From NCBI RefSeq assembly GCF_004010195.1, contig NC_057754.1, positions 12,678,357 through 12,698,356 on the forward strand: a DNA stretch of 20,000 nt, given 5' to 3'. Positions 8,879-18,479 of the stretch are shown piece by piece. The position numbers were made by a program, and so were the translations under genes. The notes under the pieces are model-generated. The model worked only from the letters and a program-made list of their open reading frames with translations. It was not told the origin of the DNA and ran no database searches. Numbering within the stretch: the stretch's first letter is position 1; the number at the start of each line of letters is the position of its first letter. This stretch comes from Chiloscyllium plagiosum (lineage: Eukaryota).

Positions 8879-9650
8879 CTATCCAACCCCCTTTCCCTCA
8901 CATGAACTGACAATCCTCGATGAACACTCACGTGCTCGCCTCATCCAAGGGTCCTTCTTTGAGAGTAATGCACTATGAGATTCACGTAGGTGGACGGTGT
9001 CCCACTCCTTCAGGGCATCCACAACAGACAGGGGCCAGTTATTAAAGCAGTCTGCAGGTGGAATCACACTCTGTACAGGGAACTTGAGGAGCTGGGGGAG
9101 TGGTGGGAGTGCTGAGTAGGGAGTTGCAACTCGTCTCTGATGTCCGGAGCCAGGAGCACGGGAACTGAAAGGTGCTGCTGCACCCCCCCCACCAGGTTGA
9201 ACAGCCACTGGAAACAGGGTCCAGGCACGGACCGAGTGGAAGGGGTTGAGGTCAGGACACCACTGGATCCATCTGCGAATGTATTCTGATCCTTTCCCCT
9301 TGTACCATACCCTCCCACTTTTCCAGAACTCATCACCTCCAAGCCGATCTTCCCGGAGCTGTTGAGGGGTGGGGGGGAAGGTGGTTGTCTGTGGGTCCAT
9401 GCATCCACCTCCCCATTGCCATCTACCCATTGGGGCCAGATTTCCAGAGCTGATGATTCACGCCGCCCATCTGGGTTGATCAGCCGCAGACTCAGGTGCT
9501 GCGGGATGGTCGCCCAGTGATCCTGGGTGGATGGTCCGAGAGCTTTACCCCAGGGACCCTGATTACGGGACAGGACGTGCAGGGTCTCCTGGGTCAAAAG
9601 GTCCAACTCCCTCAGGTTCTCTCTACCCACTTGTACCTTCAGGGGCATAA
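8879..9650 (-). other. Unidentified coding-like segment (about 250 codons, one apparent frameshift at a homopolymer)
   Basis: Overlapping ORFs 9064-9771 and 8879-9430 join if one base is added to the G7 run at 9371-9377; complex non-repetitive sequence with retained CpGs. Confidence 0.45.
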
Positions 9651-9667
9651 ATACACTCATCTCAGTC

Positions 9668-9912
9668 TGGGATAGGAGTACTGAGAGCTTTAGTCTGTAT
9701 GTAATGCCATGCTGTCCTTGTCCTGGGGAGTGTTTGATAGGGGACAGTGTAGAGGGAGCTTTACTCTGCATCTCAAGCCAAACTATCCCTGTCCTGGGGA
9801 ATGTTTAATGGGGGAAAAGTGTTGACGAAGTTTTACTCTGTATATATTCCCTGTCCCTGCGAGTGTTTGATGGGGAATAGTGTAAAGGAAGCTTTACTCT
9901 TGTAGCTAATCC
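9668..9912. repeat. Degenerate 61-72-bp tandem repeat, about 4 units
   Basis: CTTTACTCTG-like anchors at 9688, 9760, 9831 and 9892, with intervening CTGTCCTGGGGAGTGTTTGATRGGGACAGTGT-like sequence. Confidence 0.85.
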
Positions 9913-10104
9913 CTGTGGAGGCTTACAGACTCTCAGATGTAGGTCATGGTAGAAGGGAAATGCAAGGAAATAATGAGCCCATTGCCTAGCAACCACATAA
10001 CCCACAGTAGGTCTGTGGCCTACTTTTTCAATACAGTGGTCAAAGCCAGAGATTGTTAGCTTGATGACATACAGCCAGACTCCCTGATGGTCTGCATTGG
10101 TGAC

Positions 10105-10455
10105 CATAAGTCATAGGAGTGAAAGTAAGACCATTCGGCCCATTAAGGCCACTCCGCCATTTAATCATGGCTGTTGGGCATTTCAGCTCCGCTTACCCAC
10201 ACTCTCCCCGTAGCCCTTAATTCCTTGCGAGATCAAGAATTTATCAATCTCTGCCTTGAAGACATTTAACGTCCCAGCCTCCACTGCACTCCATGGCAAT
10301 GAATTCCACAGGCCCACCACTCTCCTAAAAAAAAATGGAAGAAATGTCTCCTCATTTCCATTCTAAATTGACCCCCACTAATTCTAAAGCTGTTCCCATG
10401 TGTCCTAGTCTCCCTACATAACAGAAACAACTTCCCAGCATCCAACCTTTCTAAG
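10105..10455 (-). mobile_element. CR1 LINE 3' end
   Basis: Minus strand TRTHGNSFRI...RVVGLWNSLPWSAVEAGTLNVFKAEIDKFLI, then 3' UTR ending CCTATGACTTATG. Confidence 0.88.
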
Positions 10456-10685
10456 TGACAAACATCAGCTCCTTGTCATTAGGTAGATCAGCAAGTAAAA
10501 TTGGTCTTTCCTGTTGATCATGAATGAGCTGAAAGCCAATTTTCCCACAGCCCAATAGGGTAGGCCATGCTATCGCTGAGGTCAGGTGGTGGGGGAAGCA
10601 GGAAGAGAAAAAGCATTTTACCAGCACAGAAACTGAATGCTACATGTTATAGGAGGAATTAATTTGACAGCTTTAAAGATAGTTG

Positions 10686-10786
10686 ATATATAGAATAAGA
10701 TACCTGGGAGTGAGTTACAGACTAGAATCTAATCAAGGGGTTCGGAGTGGTTTATGTATAGAATAACAGATACCCAGGAGTGAGTT
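10686..10786. repeat. ~70-bp tandem repeat remnant (1.5 units)
   Basis: TATAGAATAA(CA)GATACCYRGGAGTGAGTTA at 10689 and 10757. Confidence 0.75.
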
Positions 10787-11112
10787 AGAATTAGAATCCC
10801 TACAGTCTGGAAACAGACCCTTCAGCCCAACAAGTCCACACCAACCCTCTGAAGAGTAACTCACCCAGACCCATTCCCCTACCGTATATTTACCCAGACT
10901 AGTGCATCTAACCTACAGATCCCTGAACACTACGGGCAATTTAGCATGGCCAATTCATCTAACCTGCACATCTTTGGATTGTGGGAGGAAACCAGAGCGC
11001 CCGGAGGAAACATAGGAAAAATGTGCAAAGTCCACACAGCCCAAGGCTGAAATTGAACCTGGGCCCCTGGTGCCGAGAGGCAGCAATGTTAATCACTGAG
11101 CCACCGTGGCAC
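10785..11112 (-). mobile_element. tRNA-derived SINE, HE1/V-SINE type
   Basis: Reverse complement starts CACGGTGGCTCAGTGATT...GGTTCAATTTC, shares the V-domain and 3' region with 4011-4357, and ends in an (ATTCTA)n tail. Confidence 0.92.
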
Positions 11113-11432
11113 TCTAGTTACAAACCAGATGGGATGGTTTGTTAGGAATCACACCCACATACAGAACTCATGAACAGTGTCTTGTCACTGAATGGTGTAA
11201 TGTATTTTCAGATTGTCTAACTGGTTAGAGCTCTTTCCACAGACAGTGTACTGGAACACTCACTGCAGCTGCAAGTGTCTCAGAATTTGTTCAATCACAT
11301 TCTAAATAAAGCTTTCCGCAGACAGAACATTTCTCCCTTGATGGTCGAAGGCTGATGATTTTTAAGCCCTGCGGGGGGGGTCAGTCTGTCAGATTTTGAC
11401 ATGATGTTCAGTTGAAGTCTCCATCCAATCCG
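11113..11432 (-). pseudogene. Start of a C2H2 zinc-finger coding exon, decayed
   Basis: Acceptor TCTTCTTTCACAG (AG at 11434-11433), then CSVCGK, FQYTVCGKSSNQLDNLKIHYTI and FMSSVCG, with frameshifts. Confidence 0.8.
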
Positions 11433-12633
11433 CTGTGAAAGAAGATCAAAGTGTCAGGATCAGGAGCAGCTCACAACAGAAAAAAAACAATTTGGAGAAC
11501 CTAAGATGAGAAGCAATCAATTGAACAGAAGCCAAACTCCCCAGAGGTTCCCCAGAAAGCTCTGTCTCCAAGGTTACCCCTATACAGAGATGGCCAGGGA
11601 AGGCAGACTGACAGGCAGTGATCACTTCAACATTTGGGGCTTGTGTTCTAAACTTTTTTTTATTTCAATAATATACTTAATTCATAAAATACTTTGATGG
11701 TCTGTACAGTTGAACATGCCATACATAAACATTCCATTTCTTTGCATACCGAAACAGAGTAATCATTCCTATTTACAGGTCTGTACAATTATATTTTTAG
11801 CTGAGGCATCAGCAGAGCCCAAATGACTGCGCGGGCCCCCTGTTCTTCTTTAGGCAGGCAGACGTTACACGGTGGTCTTTCCCCACCCCACGTTGGCAGC
11901 AGCTGCTCCAAGCTTCAGCGCGTCCCTCAGCATGTAGTCCTGGACCTTGGAATGTGCCAGTCTGCAACACTCAGTCGGGGTCAACTCCTTCAGCTGGAAG
12001 ATCAACAGGTTTCGGACCGCCCAGAGAGCGTCCTTCACCGAGCTGATGATCCTCCAGGCACAGTTGATGTTCGCCTCAGTGTGCGTCCCGGGGAACAGAC
12101 CGTAGAGCATGGAGTCCCGCGTCACGGCACTGCTTGGGATGAACCTCGACAAACACCACTGCATTCCTCTCCAGACTTCTTCTGCATAGGCACAGTGTTT
12201 TTCTTCATAAACTTCTCCACGAAGGACAGTTGATACGGAACGGTCCAACTACTCGGAGCGTTCCACGGCAGCGAGGCCAGGCCCATCCTTCGGAACACCG
12301 GGGACAGGTAGAACCTCAGTACGTAGTGACACTTGGTGTTTGCGTACCGGGGATCCACGCACAGCTTGGTGACTGCAGCGGCACAGGTTCTGGAAATAGG
12401 CCAGACCTGTGCCATGTATAATAGCAATGACAGTGCCTCACAGCTGATGACCAGGTTTTTTCCCGCGATGGAGAGCGACCGTAGCTTCAACCTCACTTTG
12501 CTGATACGCTCCTCCCAAGACTCGGTGCACACCCCAGCCCCCCCACCCCCCGAACCAAATACCCAGCACTTTCAGGTGGTCGGTCCTGACAGTGAAGGGG
12601 ATTGAGGATTGGTTGGTCCAGTTCCTGAAGAGC

Positions 12634-12728
12634 TGGAAATGTGTTGCTGGAAAAGCGCAGCAGGTCAGGCAGCATCCAGGGAACAGGAGAATCGACGTTT
12701 CGGGCATAAGCCCTTCTTCAGGAATGTT
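12634..12728 (-). mobile_element. 95-bp Penelope terminal-repeat insertion nested in the Tx1 element, with 25-bp flanking duplication
   Basis: TTGGTTGGTCCAGTTCCTGAAGAGC at 12609-12633 and 12729-12753; the ORF track shows LFRNWTNQ duplicated on both sides. Confidence 0.9.
12694..12721 (-). ncRNA. Minimal hammerhead ribozyme core (Penelope type)
   Basis: CUGAAGA-A-GGGC-UUAU-GCCC-GAAA-CGUC; differs from 4696-4723 only in the stem II loop. Confidence 0.7.
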
Positions 12729-12811
12729 TTGGTTGGTCCAGTTCCTGAAGAGCATGGCCTTGCTCTTGCCTCGGTTTACCTTGGCCCCCAGTTCCAAATC
12801 CTCTGGCGTGT

Positions 12812-13114
12812 GAGGAATCTAGAATTAGAGGGCATAGCTTTCGGGTGAAGGGGGAAAGATTTAAAAGCAACCTAAGGGGCAACTTTTTCACACAGAGGGT
12901 AGTGCATGTATGAAATAAGCTGCCAGAGGAAGTGGTGGAGCCTGGAACAATTACAGCATCTAAAAGGCAACTGGATGGGTATATGTATAGGAAGGGTATA
13001 GGTGGACATGGGCTATGTACTGGCAAATGGGACCAGATTAACCTAGTATATGTGGTCAGCATGGACGACTTGGACCAAAGGGTCTGCTTCCATGCTGTAC
13101 TTCTCTATGACTCT
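12812..13114 (+). mobile_element. CR1 LINE 3' end
   Basis: ESRIRGHSFRVKGERFKSNLRGNFFTQRVVHV*NKLPEEVVEPGTITASKRQLDGYM, then 3' UTR ending CTCTATGACTCT. Confidence 0.92.
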
Positions 13115-13240
13115 CGCTCCACCCTCATCTGCAATACAAACCCATCCCCACCATTAGTTTCCTCCAAAACCAGTTTGCTCCCTCAGCCTCCTGCAGCTGG
13201 TTTCAGTTCGCTAGTTCACCTGTAGGTGGGTTGTAGTAGC

Positions 13241-13465
13241 GATGTGGAGGTGCCGGGATTGGACTGGGGTGGACAAGGTCAAAAGTCTCATGACACCAGG
13301 TTACAGTCCAACAGTTTGTTTTAAATCACAAGCGTTCAGAGTGACACTGTGCATGAAGAAGCAGCAGTGCTCTGAAACCTTGGGATTCCAAATAAACCTC
13401 TTGGGACTATAATGTGGTGTCGTGTAACTTCTGACCTTGCCAACCCCAGTTCAACATCGACACAT
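13241..13465. mobile_element. Inverted pair of Penelope-type terminal repeats with decayed hammerhead core
   Basis: 13241-13342 is the approximate reverse complement of 13369-13465; centre ATGAAGA-A-GCAGC-AGT-GCTCT-GAAA (13353-13377). Confidence 0.75.
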
Positions 13466-13529
13466 GATGGCTGCTTTCATAGGAGAGACAGACTGCCTGG
13501 GGGCAGACAGCTGGAACAGCAGCAGATAC

Positions 13530-15115
13530 TCTAGTGCTTCAAGTGACCATTCAAATACTTCTTCAATATTGTGATGGTTCCTAACTGAACCACCTTTTCA
13601 GGCAGCAAGGTCCAAACTCCCACCAACTTCTGGGTAAAATAAATCAGACTTAAAAGCTCCTCTTAACCTTCTGACTTCAACCTTAAAGCTAAGGTTATTG
13701 ATCTAATTACTAAGAGCAAATGTTTCTTATTTTCTATTCTCTCTGTGCATCTCCTAACAGTGAACAACTCAATCTTTTCAGTTCAAAGTGTGGAACTAGT
13801 TTAGCTTGGGATTACAGTCAGCAATGGACTGGTTGGAACAAAGGGTCTGTTTCCATGTTGTATGAATCTATAAACCCAGCCTATCTAGTCTGCCTTCATA
13901 GCTGGAAGGCTCCATCTCAGTCAACATTCTAGTGTACCTCCTGTGTATTCTCTCTATTACCATCATATCCTTCCTGTTGCGCAGTGGCCAAAACAGCATG
14001 CAGTACACAAGCATGTGGTCCAACATTTTATGCAACTCCCTCAAACTCCTTGTGCTGGTATTCAATGCTTGACTTAATAAAGACAACTATCCTTTCTGTC
14101 TTCCTAACCATCTTATCACCTGTATTCTTCAAAGATTTCTAACATGCACACTGATATCCCTCTGATCCTTTGTACTTCTCAAGATACTACACTCACTGTC
14201 TACTCCCTTACCTTGTTTATTCTTGCAACATTAACCACCTCATATCTTTCAGGATTAAATTCCATTTGTCATTGTTGTGCCAATCTGACCAGCTTGTCTA
14301 TATTATCCAAAAATAGCTGTAGACTACATCATGTGCATTAGCTTTATTTACACATTTTGCCAAGTCCTCAGAAAACTCCATCAGTTAGAGCTGATCTCCC
14401 TTGACAAAGCTATGCTGACTTTCCCCAATTCGTTGTGATCTCAACAAATGGTGATTATTTCTGTCCCTTAGAATGTTTTCCAAGACATTTCCTGGCATGG
14501 ATGTCAGATTCCTGGCCTACAGTTCCCTGGTCTATCCTGACCACTCTTCTTTACTTCTAGACTGTTTTCCAGTCCTCAGGCAATTCGTAAGTTGATGTCA
14601 GGGCCCTTGAAATTTCCTCCTGAGCCTCCCACAGCTCATTTGATATACATATCATTTTAGCCTGATCAAGAATTCAATTTCAAGTCTGCTAAAACCCTGA
14701 AGACTTCCTTCCGCTTCTATTGTAATTTGTTCAAATAGATCTCAGTCCTGCTTCCACACAGTCTGCCACTTTGATCCTCAATGGGCGCTGCTCTTTCTCT
14801 GGTTGTTCTCTTGCCCCTAATATTCCAATGAAATGCATTTGCAGTTTCTTTGAATTCCTGAACTTTTCCACTAACTAACTAACATAGACAAATTGTGAAA
14901 GGCTTTGGAGGTGGGAATTCTTAAATAAATCCAAAATAACTTCTCAGTATTGCAAATGCTCCACAGTGAGTCCATCCACAGCTCCAGCTCTGCAAAGCGG
15001 TTAGCCAGTAGCTACAGGTGGACACACTTCCTGTATACATTGCCATCAGCGACACTAGAATCATCCCTTATATATACACGTTATACAAGAGCAACACACC
15101 AGGGGTCTGAAGTCT
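13530..15115 (-). mobile_element. Old, heavily deleted CR1 element (ORF1 N-terminus through ORF2 C-terminus)
   Basis: 14945-15105 PLVCCSC..RKCVHL*LLANRFAELELWMDSL matches the ORF1 start at 19347; PGNCRP (~14520), SQHSFV (~14410) and YCMLFWP..ERIHRRYTRML..SYEGRLDRLGL (13870-14010). A small plus-strand CR1 tail is nested at about 13820-13871. Confidence 0.82.
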
Positions 15116-15479
15116 CCTGTCATGACTTCTCTCAAAATTAAGCTTGTTACTCCTTTTACAGAGAATCCAATAGAACTGGGATCTTCCTTAGTTTCAAACA
15201 TTTCTGTTCTACTCAAAAGCTTCTACCTGTACTTTAGCTGATATATTATTTTTAAAATCTGTAAGAAAACACTGCAAGTATCACTTACTAATTGGCTAGT
15301 TTGATTGGGCCCATGTCACTTTCTGATGGAGACCACAAGGAATTTTAAAATCAAATTTGCAGTATTCGAGAAAACGGAATTTATTGGTTAAAATTATGAA
15401 CTGGATGACTGGAAGGAAATATGACAGTTCTTTCAAAGAGGCGAGGTGTATTTTGGACAAATCTGTGGTAATTTAACCA

Positions 15480-15672
15480 CGAATTTGAACTTGCTGCTTT
15501 TTGATTTACAAACATATCAGAAATATTTTCCCCACAGACAAAACAGACAAACCTTTTTCCTTCCACAATTAAATGCCAATGATGTTGAGATCCATGATCA
15601 GATCCGAAAGACTCTGCTGGACTGTCACAACTTGTTTTGCGATCCCGCACTCAATTATTCTGAATTAATATC
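15480..15672 (-). pseudogene. Probable second exon of a zinc-finger gene with one half-finger (3' boundary uncertain)
   Basis: Acceptor TTCATTTTACAG|GATATT (AG at 15674-15673); HHWHLIVEGKRFVCFVCGE parallels NHQPSTIKGEM..SVCGK in the exon starting at 11432. Confidence 0.6.
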
Positions 15673-15784
15673 CTGTAAAATGAATTCACAAAATAAAAAT
15701 CACGGTCGGCCCAGAGTAGAAATCTAGAAATGACAAACATTTCTTTTGGTTTGAGTTTTATGTGTAAATACCTCTCTTCAAATC

Positions 15785-16100
15785 ATCCCGCCCCAAATAG
15801 AACAGGCGCATGCGCGTAGCTGCATCGCTTCCCCCCTCCATAAATATGGCGGCGGTAATCCAGGCATATCACTGCCTAAATTCCACATTTACTAGAAACG
15901 CGAGATCTCGAGTTTCTCTTTAGGGTCTAACCACCTTCATCGGATAAACCTAAAACCTCCCAGGTCAGTCTGACTCCAATTTTCTCCCTTTTTCCATTGT
16001 AACTCCCGCACTCACACCACACCTCAGTCACGTGTGGTGTTAATGATCACGTGAGGTCCCGCTAGCCCCTCCCCTCATTCACTCCCATTGGTTGGATGAA
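15785..16100 (-). promoter_or_regulatory. CpG-rich housekeeping-type Pol II promoter / first exon and intron
   Basis: GC box CCCGCCCC 15787-15794; NRF1 GCGCATGCGC 15806-15815; YY1 AATATGGCGGC 15843-15853; E-boxes GTCACGTG 16027-16034 and TCACGTGA 16047-16054; minus-strand CCAAT 16091-16087; donor GTGAGT 16015-16010. Confidence 0.78.
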
Positions 16101-16759
16101 CAGCCGCTTCTGTTTGTTCTGCCATCTTCACCCTCCCCCCCGCCCCCAATACTTTTCTCTTTCCTTTCTCTCCCTGGGGATGTGCTTTATCATTCACTGT
16201 GAATGTGGCAGTAACACAGAGCACAGGGGCTGGGAATTATCCAGCCCATTGGAGCTGTACTCTCTCCCTCCGGAGATGCTGCAAATCTGTTCCAACTCCC
16301 CTGCTACTTGTCCAAATCCTTCTTTAAAGCGTTAAATTCCAAAGCACTTTTCAGAATAGCTGCTGAATCTGTATCCAGCTGTCTCGAATGCTCAGAAGTT
16401 GATGGATGAAATAATCGTCACATTTTCGCCCTGCATTATTTGCCAATTACCTAATAGTGGTGACCAAAAATTGTGACAACTTCTCTTTCTCTGTGAAAAT
16501 TAAGTATCCTAGAAATGAGTCTGCATCTCAACTAAATCACTGCTTAACTTTCTCAGCACCAAGGAGAATTAAGCTTCTGCTGTCTCTCCACAAAACAAAT
16601 TCGCCTTAATTTTAGTTTATTGATGGGGTGTGCTCTTTATTGCACAGACAAATATATATATATGCTATTTTTATTTGACTTGTAGAAAGTGGTAGTTGTG
16701 AACTGCTACAATTCATCTGCTGTATAGACATCACTGTGCTGTTGTAGGATAATCTGCAG

Positions 16760-17130
16760 TCTCACAACCTTCCCTCTGTGTTTAATCTCTTCCTGCCTCA
16801 GAACTTGCATTGTCTCAATCATCCCAGCATCACAATCCTCTCTGTCTCTGTAATCACCTCCACTGTCACAACCCTCCTTATCTCTGTAATCTCCTCCAGT
16901 GTCAAAATTCCCACTATCTCTATCATCTCCTCCAGCCTCACAAACTTCCCTATCTCTGGAACACTTTCAACTCACAATCCTTCTGATCTCTGTGAACTTA
17001 TCCAACCTCACAATCCTCCTGTCTCCATAATCTCCTGCAGCCTCACAATCCTCCCATCTCCATACTGTCATTCAGTGTCATAACCTTCCAATTCTTTAAT
17101 TTCTTCCAACCTCACAAATCTCTCAGATAT
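16760..17130. repeat. Degenerate ~36-bp C/T-rich minisatellite
   Basis: Repeated CCTCCAGCCTCACAAYCCTCCYTATCTCTGTAATCT-like units. Confidence 0.85.
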
Positions 17131-17247
17131 GTGCTTTCCTTTAATAACAGCCATATGTGGATTTCTCCGCTTTATGCTTGGTCCCTGAGCTCTGGAATCT
17201 CCTCTGAACTGCTCCATCTCTCTAGCTCACCTTAACTTCAGTTTAAC

Positions 17248-18120
17248 TCAGATCAAGAGGAATGCAACAGTTACTTTTAGATGCTGAAAGACACCCTCAT
17301 AAGAATGGGATACAATGCTCAACTCATCGATCCCCAGTTCTGATGTGCCACAGTGAAAAGCTGCAAGGTCTTCATCAGATGACAGGCACAGGACATGACT
17401 AATAGAGTACCCTTCATCCTCCAGTACTTTCCCGAGTGGCGAAACTAAGCCATATTCTTTGCAGCTAGTGAACATCTCACCAAGATCATCCTGCACCCCC
17501 ACTTCTTACCTTCAAGCAACCACCAAATCCTAAACAGACCATTGTTCACAGCAAACTAACCAGCCTTCAGGATGACATCGATCACAACACCACACAACCC
17601 CTCCACAGCAACCTTTGCAAGACATGCCAGACATGGTTACTACCAATACATGTGGGGTCACCAACCACCACATACACGTCAGGTACTCATGTGACACAGC
17701 CAATGTTGTCTACCTCATATGCTGCAGTCAAGGATGCCCCGAGGCATGGTATATTGGCGAGATCAAGCAGATGCTATGACAACTAATGAATAGACACTGT
17801 GCAATAATTGCCAGACAGGAATGTTCCCTCCCAGTCAGGGAACACTTCAGGATCAAGGACATTTAGCCTCTGATCTTCATGTAATTGTTCTCCAAGATGG
17901 CCTTTGACATGCACATCAACACAGAATCACCGTGCAGAAGCTTATAACCAAGAAGATGGCTTCAACTGTCATCTTGGGTTCATGGCATGCTATGTGTAAC
18001 CCCAGCACAAGTGTTTGTAAAATCTTATTGTGCAGTTTTGACTCCATCACCTTATAACTTGCTATGATCTCTCAACCTTAATTAGTTTGTCCAGTTCTGA
18101 ATTTCTTGTTACTTTGGTTG
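17248..18120 (+). mobile_element. Penelope-like element (linker and GIY-YIG endonuclease remnant)
   Basis: LKDTLIRMGYNAQLI..RVPFILQYFP..NLCKTCQ..YSCDTANVVYLICCSQGCPEAWYIGEIKQML*QLMNRH..LPVREHF. Confidence 0.9.
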
Positions 18121-18138
18121 GACTGTTTTGAAGTTGTA

Positions 18139-18315
18139 GTCAAGATTAGAGTGGAGCTGGAAAAGCACGGCAGGTCAGGCAGGAACCTTGATGAAGGGCT
18201 GCTACCTGAAACATCGATTTTCCTGCTCCTCGGATGCTACCGGATCTGCTCTGCTTTTCCAGCACCACTTTAATGTTGACTCTAATATCCAGCATCTGCA
18301 GTCCTCAATTTTGCC
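18139..18315 (+). mobile_element. Penelope terminal-repeat insertion with 5' inverted arm and 16-bp target-site duplication
   Basis: CTGTTWTGAAGTTGTA at 18123-18138 and 18316-18331; arms 18139-18182 and 18237-18280 are complementary at 36/44 positions; decayed core TTGATGA-A-GGGC-TGCT-ACCT-GAAA-CATC from 18188. Confidence 0.85.
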
Positions 18316-18479
18316 CTGTTATGAAGTTGTAAATGTGTACTGTACTTTTAAGGGAGCTGATTTTTTTGGCTGGCGCAAAGTGTGCTGAAAGAATTTAAAA
18401 TGAAACATTTGACTGTGAAAGCAATGGTGCAACTGAGTTGTCATGATACAAAACCAAATTCAAATTCCATTTAAATTAT

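Larger units (their letters stand above)
11654..12795 (-). mobile_element. Tx1-like (L1-clade) non-LTR retrotransposon 3' part with internal deletions
   Basis: GAKVNRGKSKAM..LKVLGIWF..WEERISKV..LSIAGKNLVI..LLY and the C-terminal CAYAEEVW..VKDALWAVRNLLIF; 3' UTR and A-tail (T run at 11654-11661). Confidence 0.9.

Noticed and set aside
9651..9771. N-terminal part of the 235-aa ORF 9064-9771
   Set aside because: Lies mostly within the 61-72-bp tandem repeat, so its start codon is probably fortuitous.
10783..11119. AGTTA as a target-site duplication of the minus-strand SINE
   Set aside because: Only 5 bp, and the two flanks are unrelated (tandem repeat vs zinc-finger exon), suggesting rearrangement rather than a clean insertion.
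11823..12233. 136-aa plus-strand ORF
   Set aside because: Antisense shadow of the GC-rich Tx1 ORF2.
16778..17083. 101-aa Ser/Ile/Thr-rich ORF
   Set aside because: Translation of a C/T-rich minisatellite.
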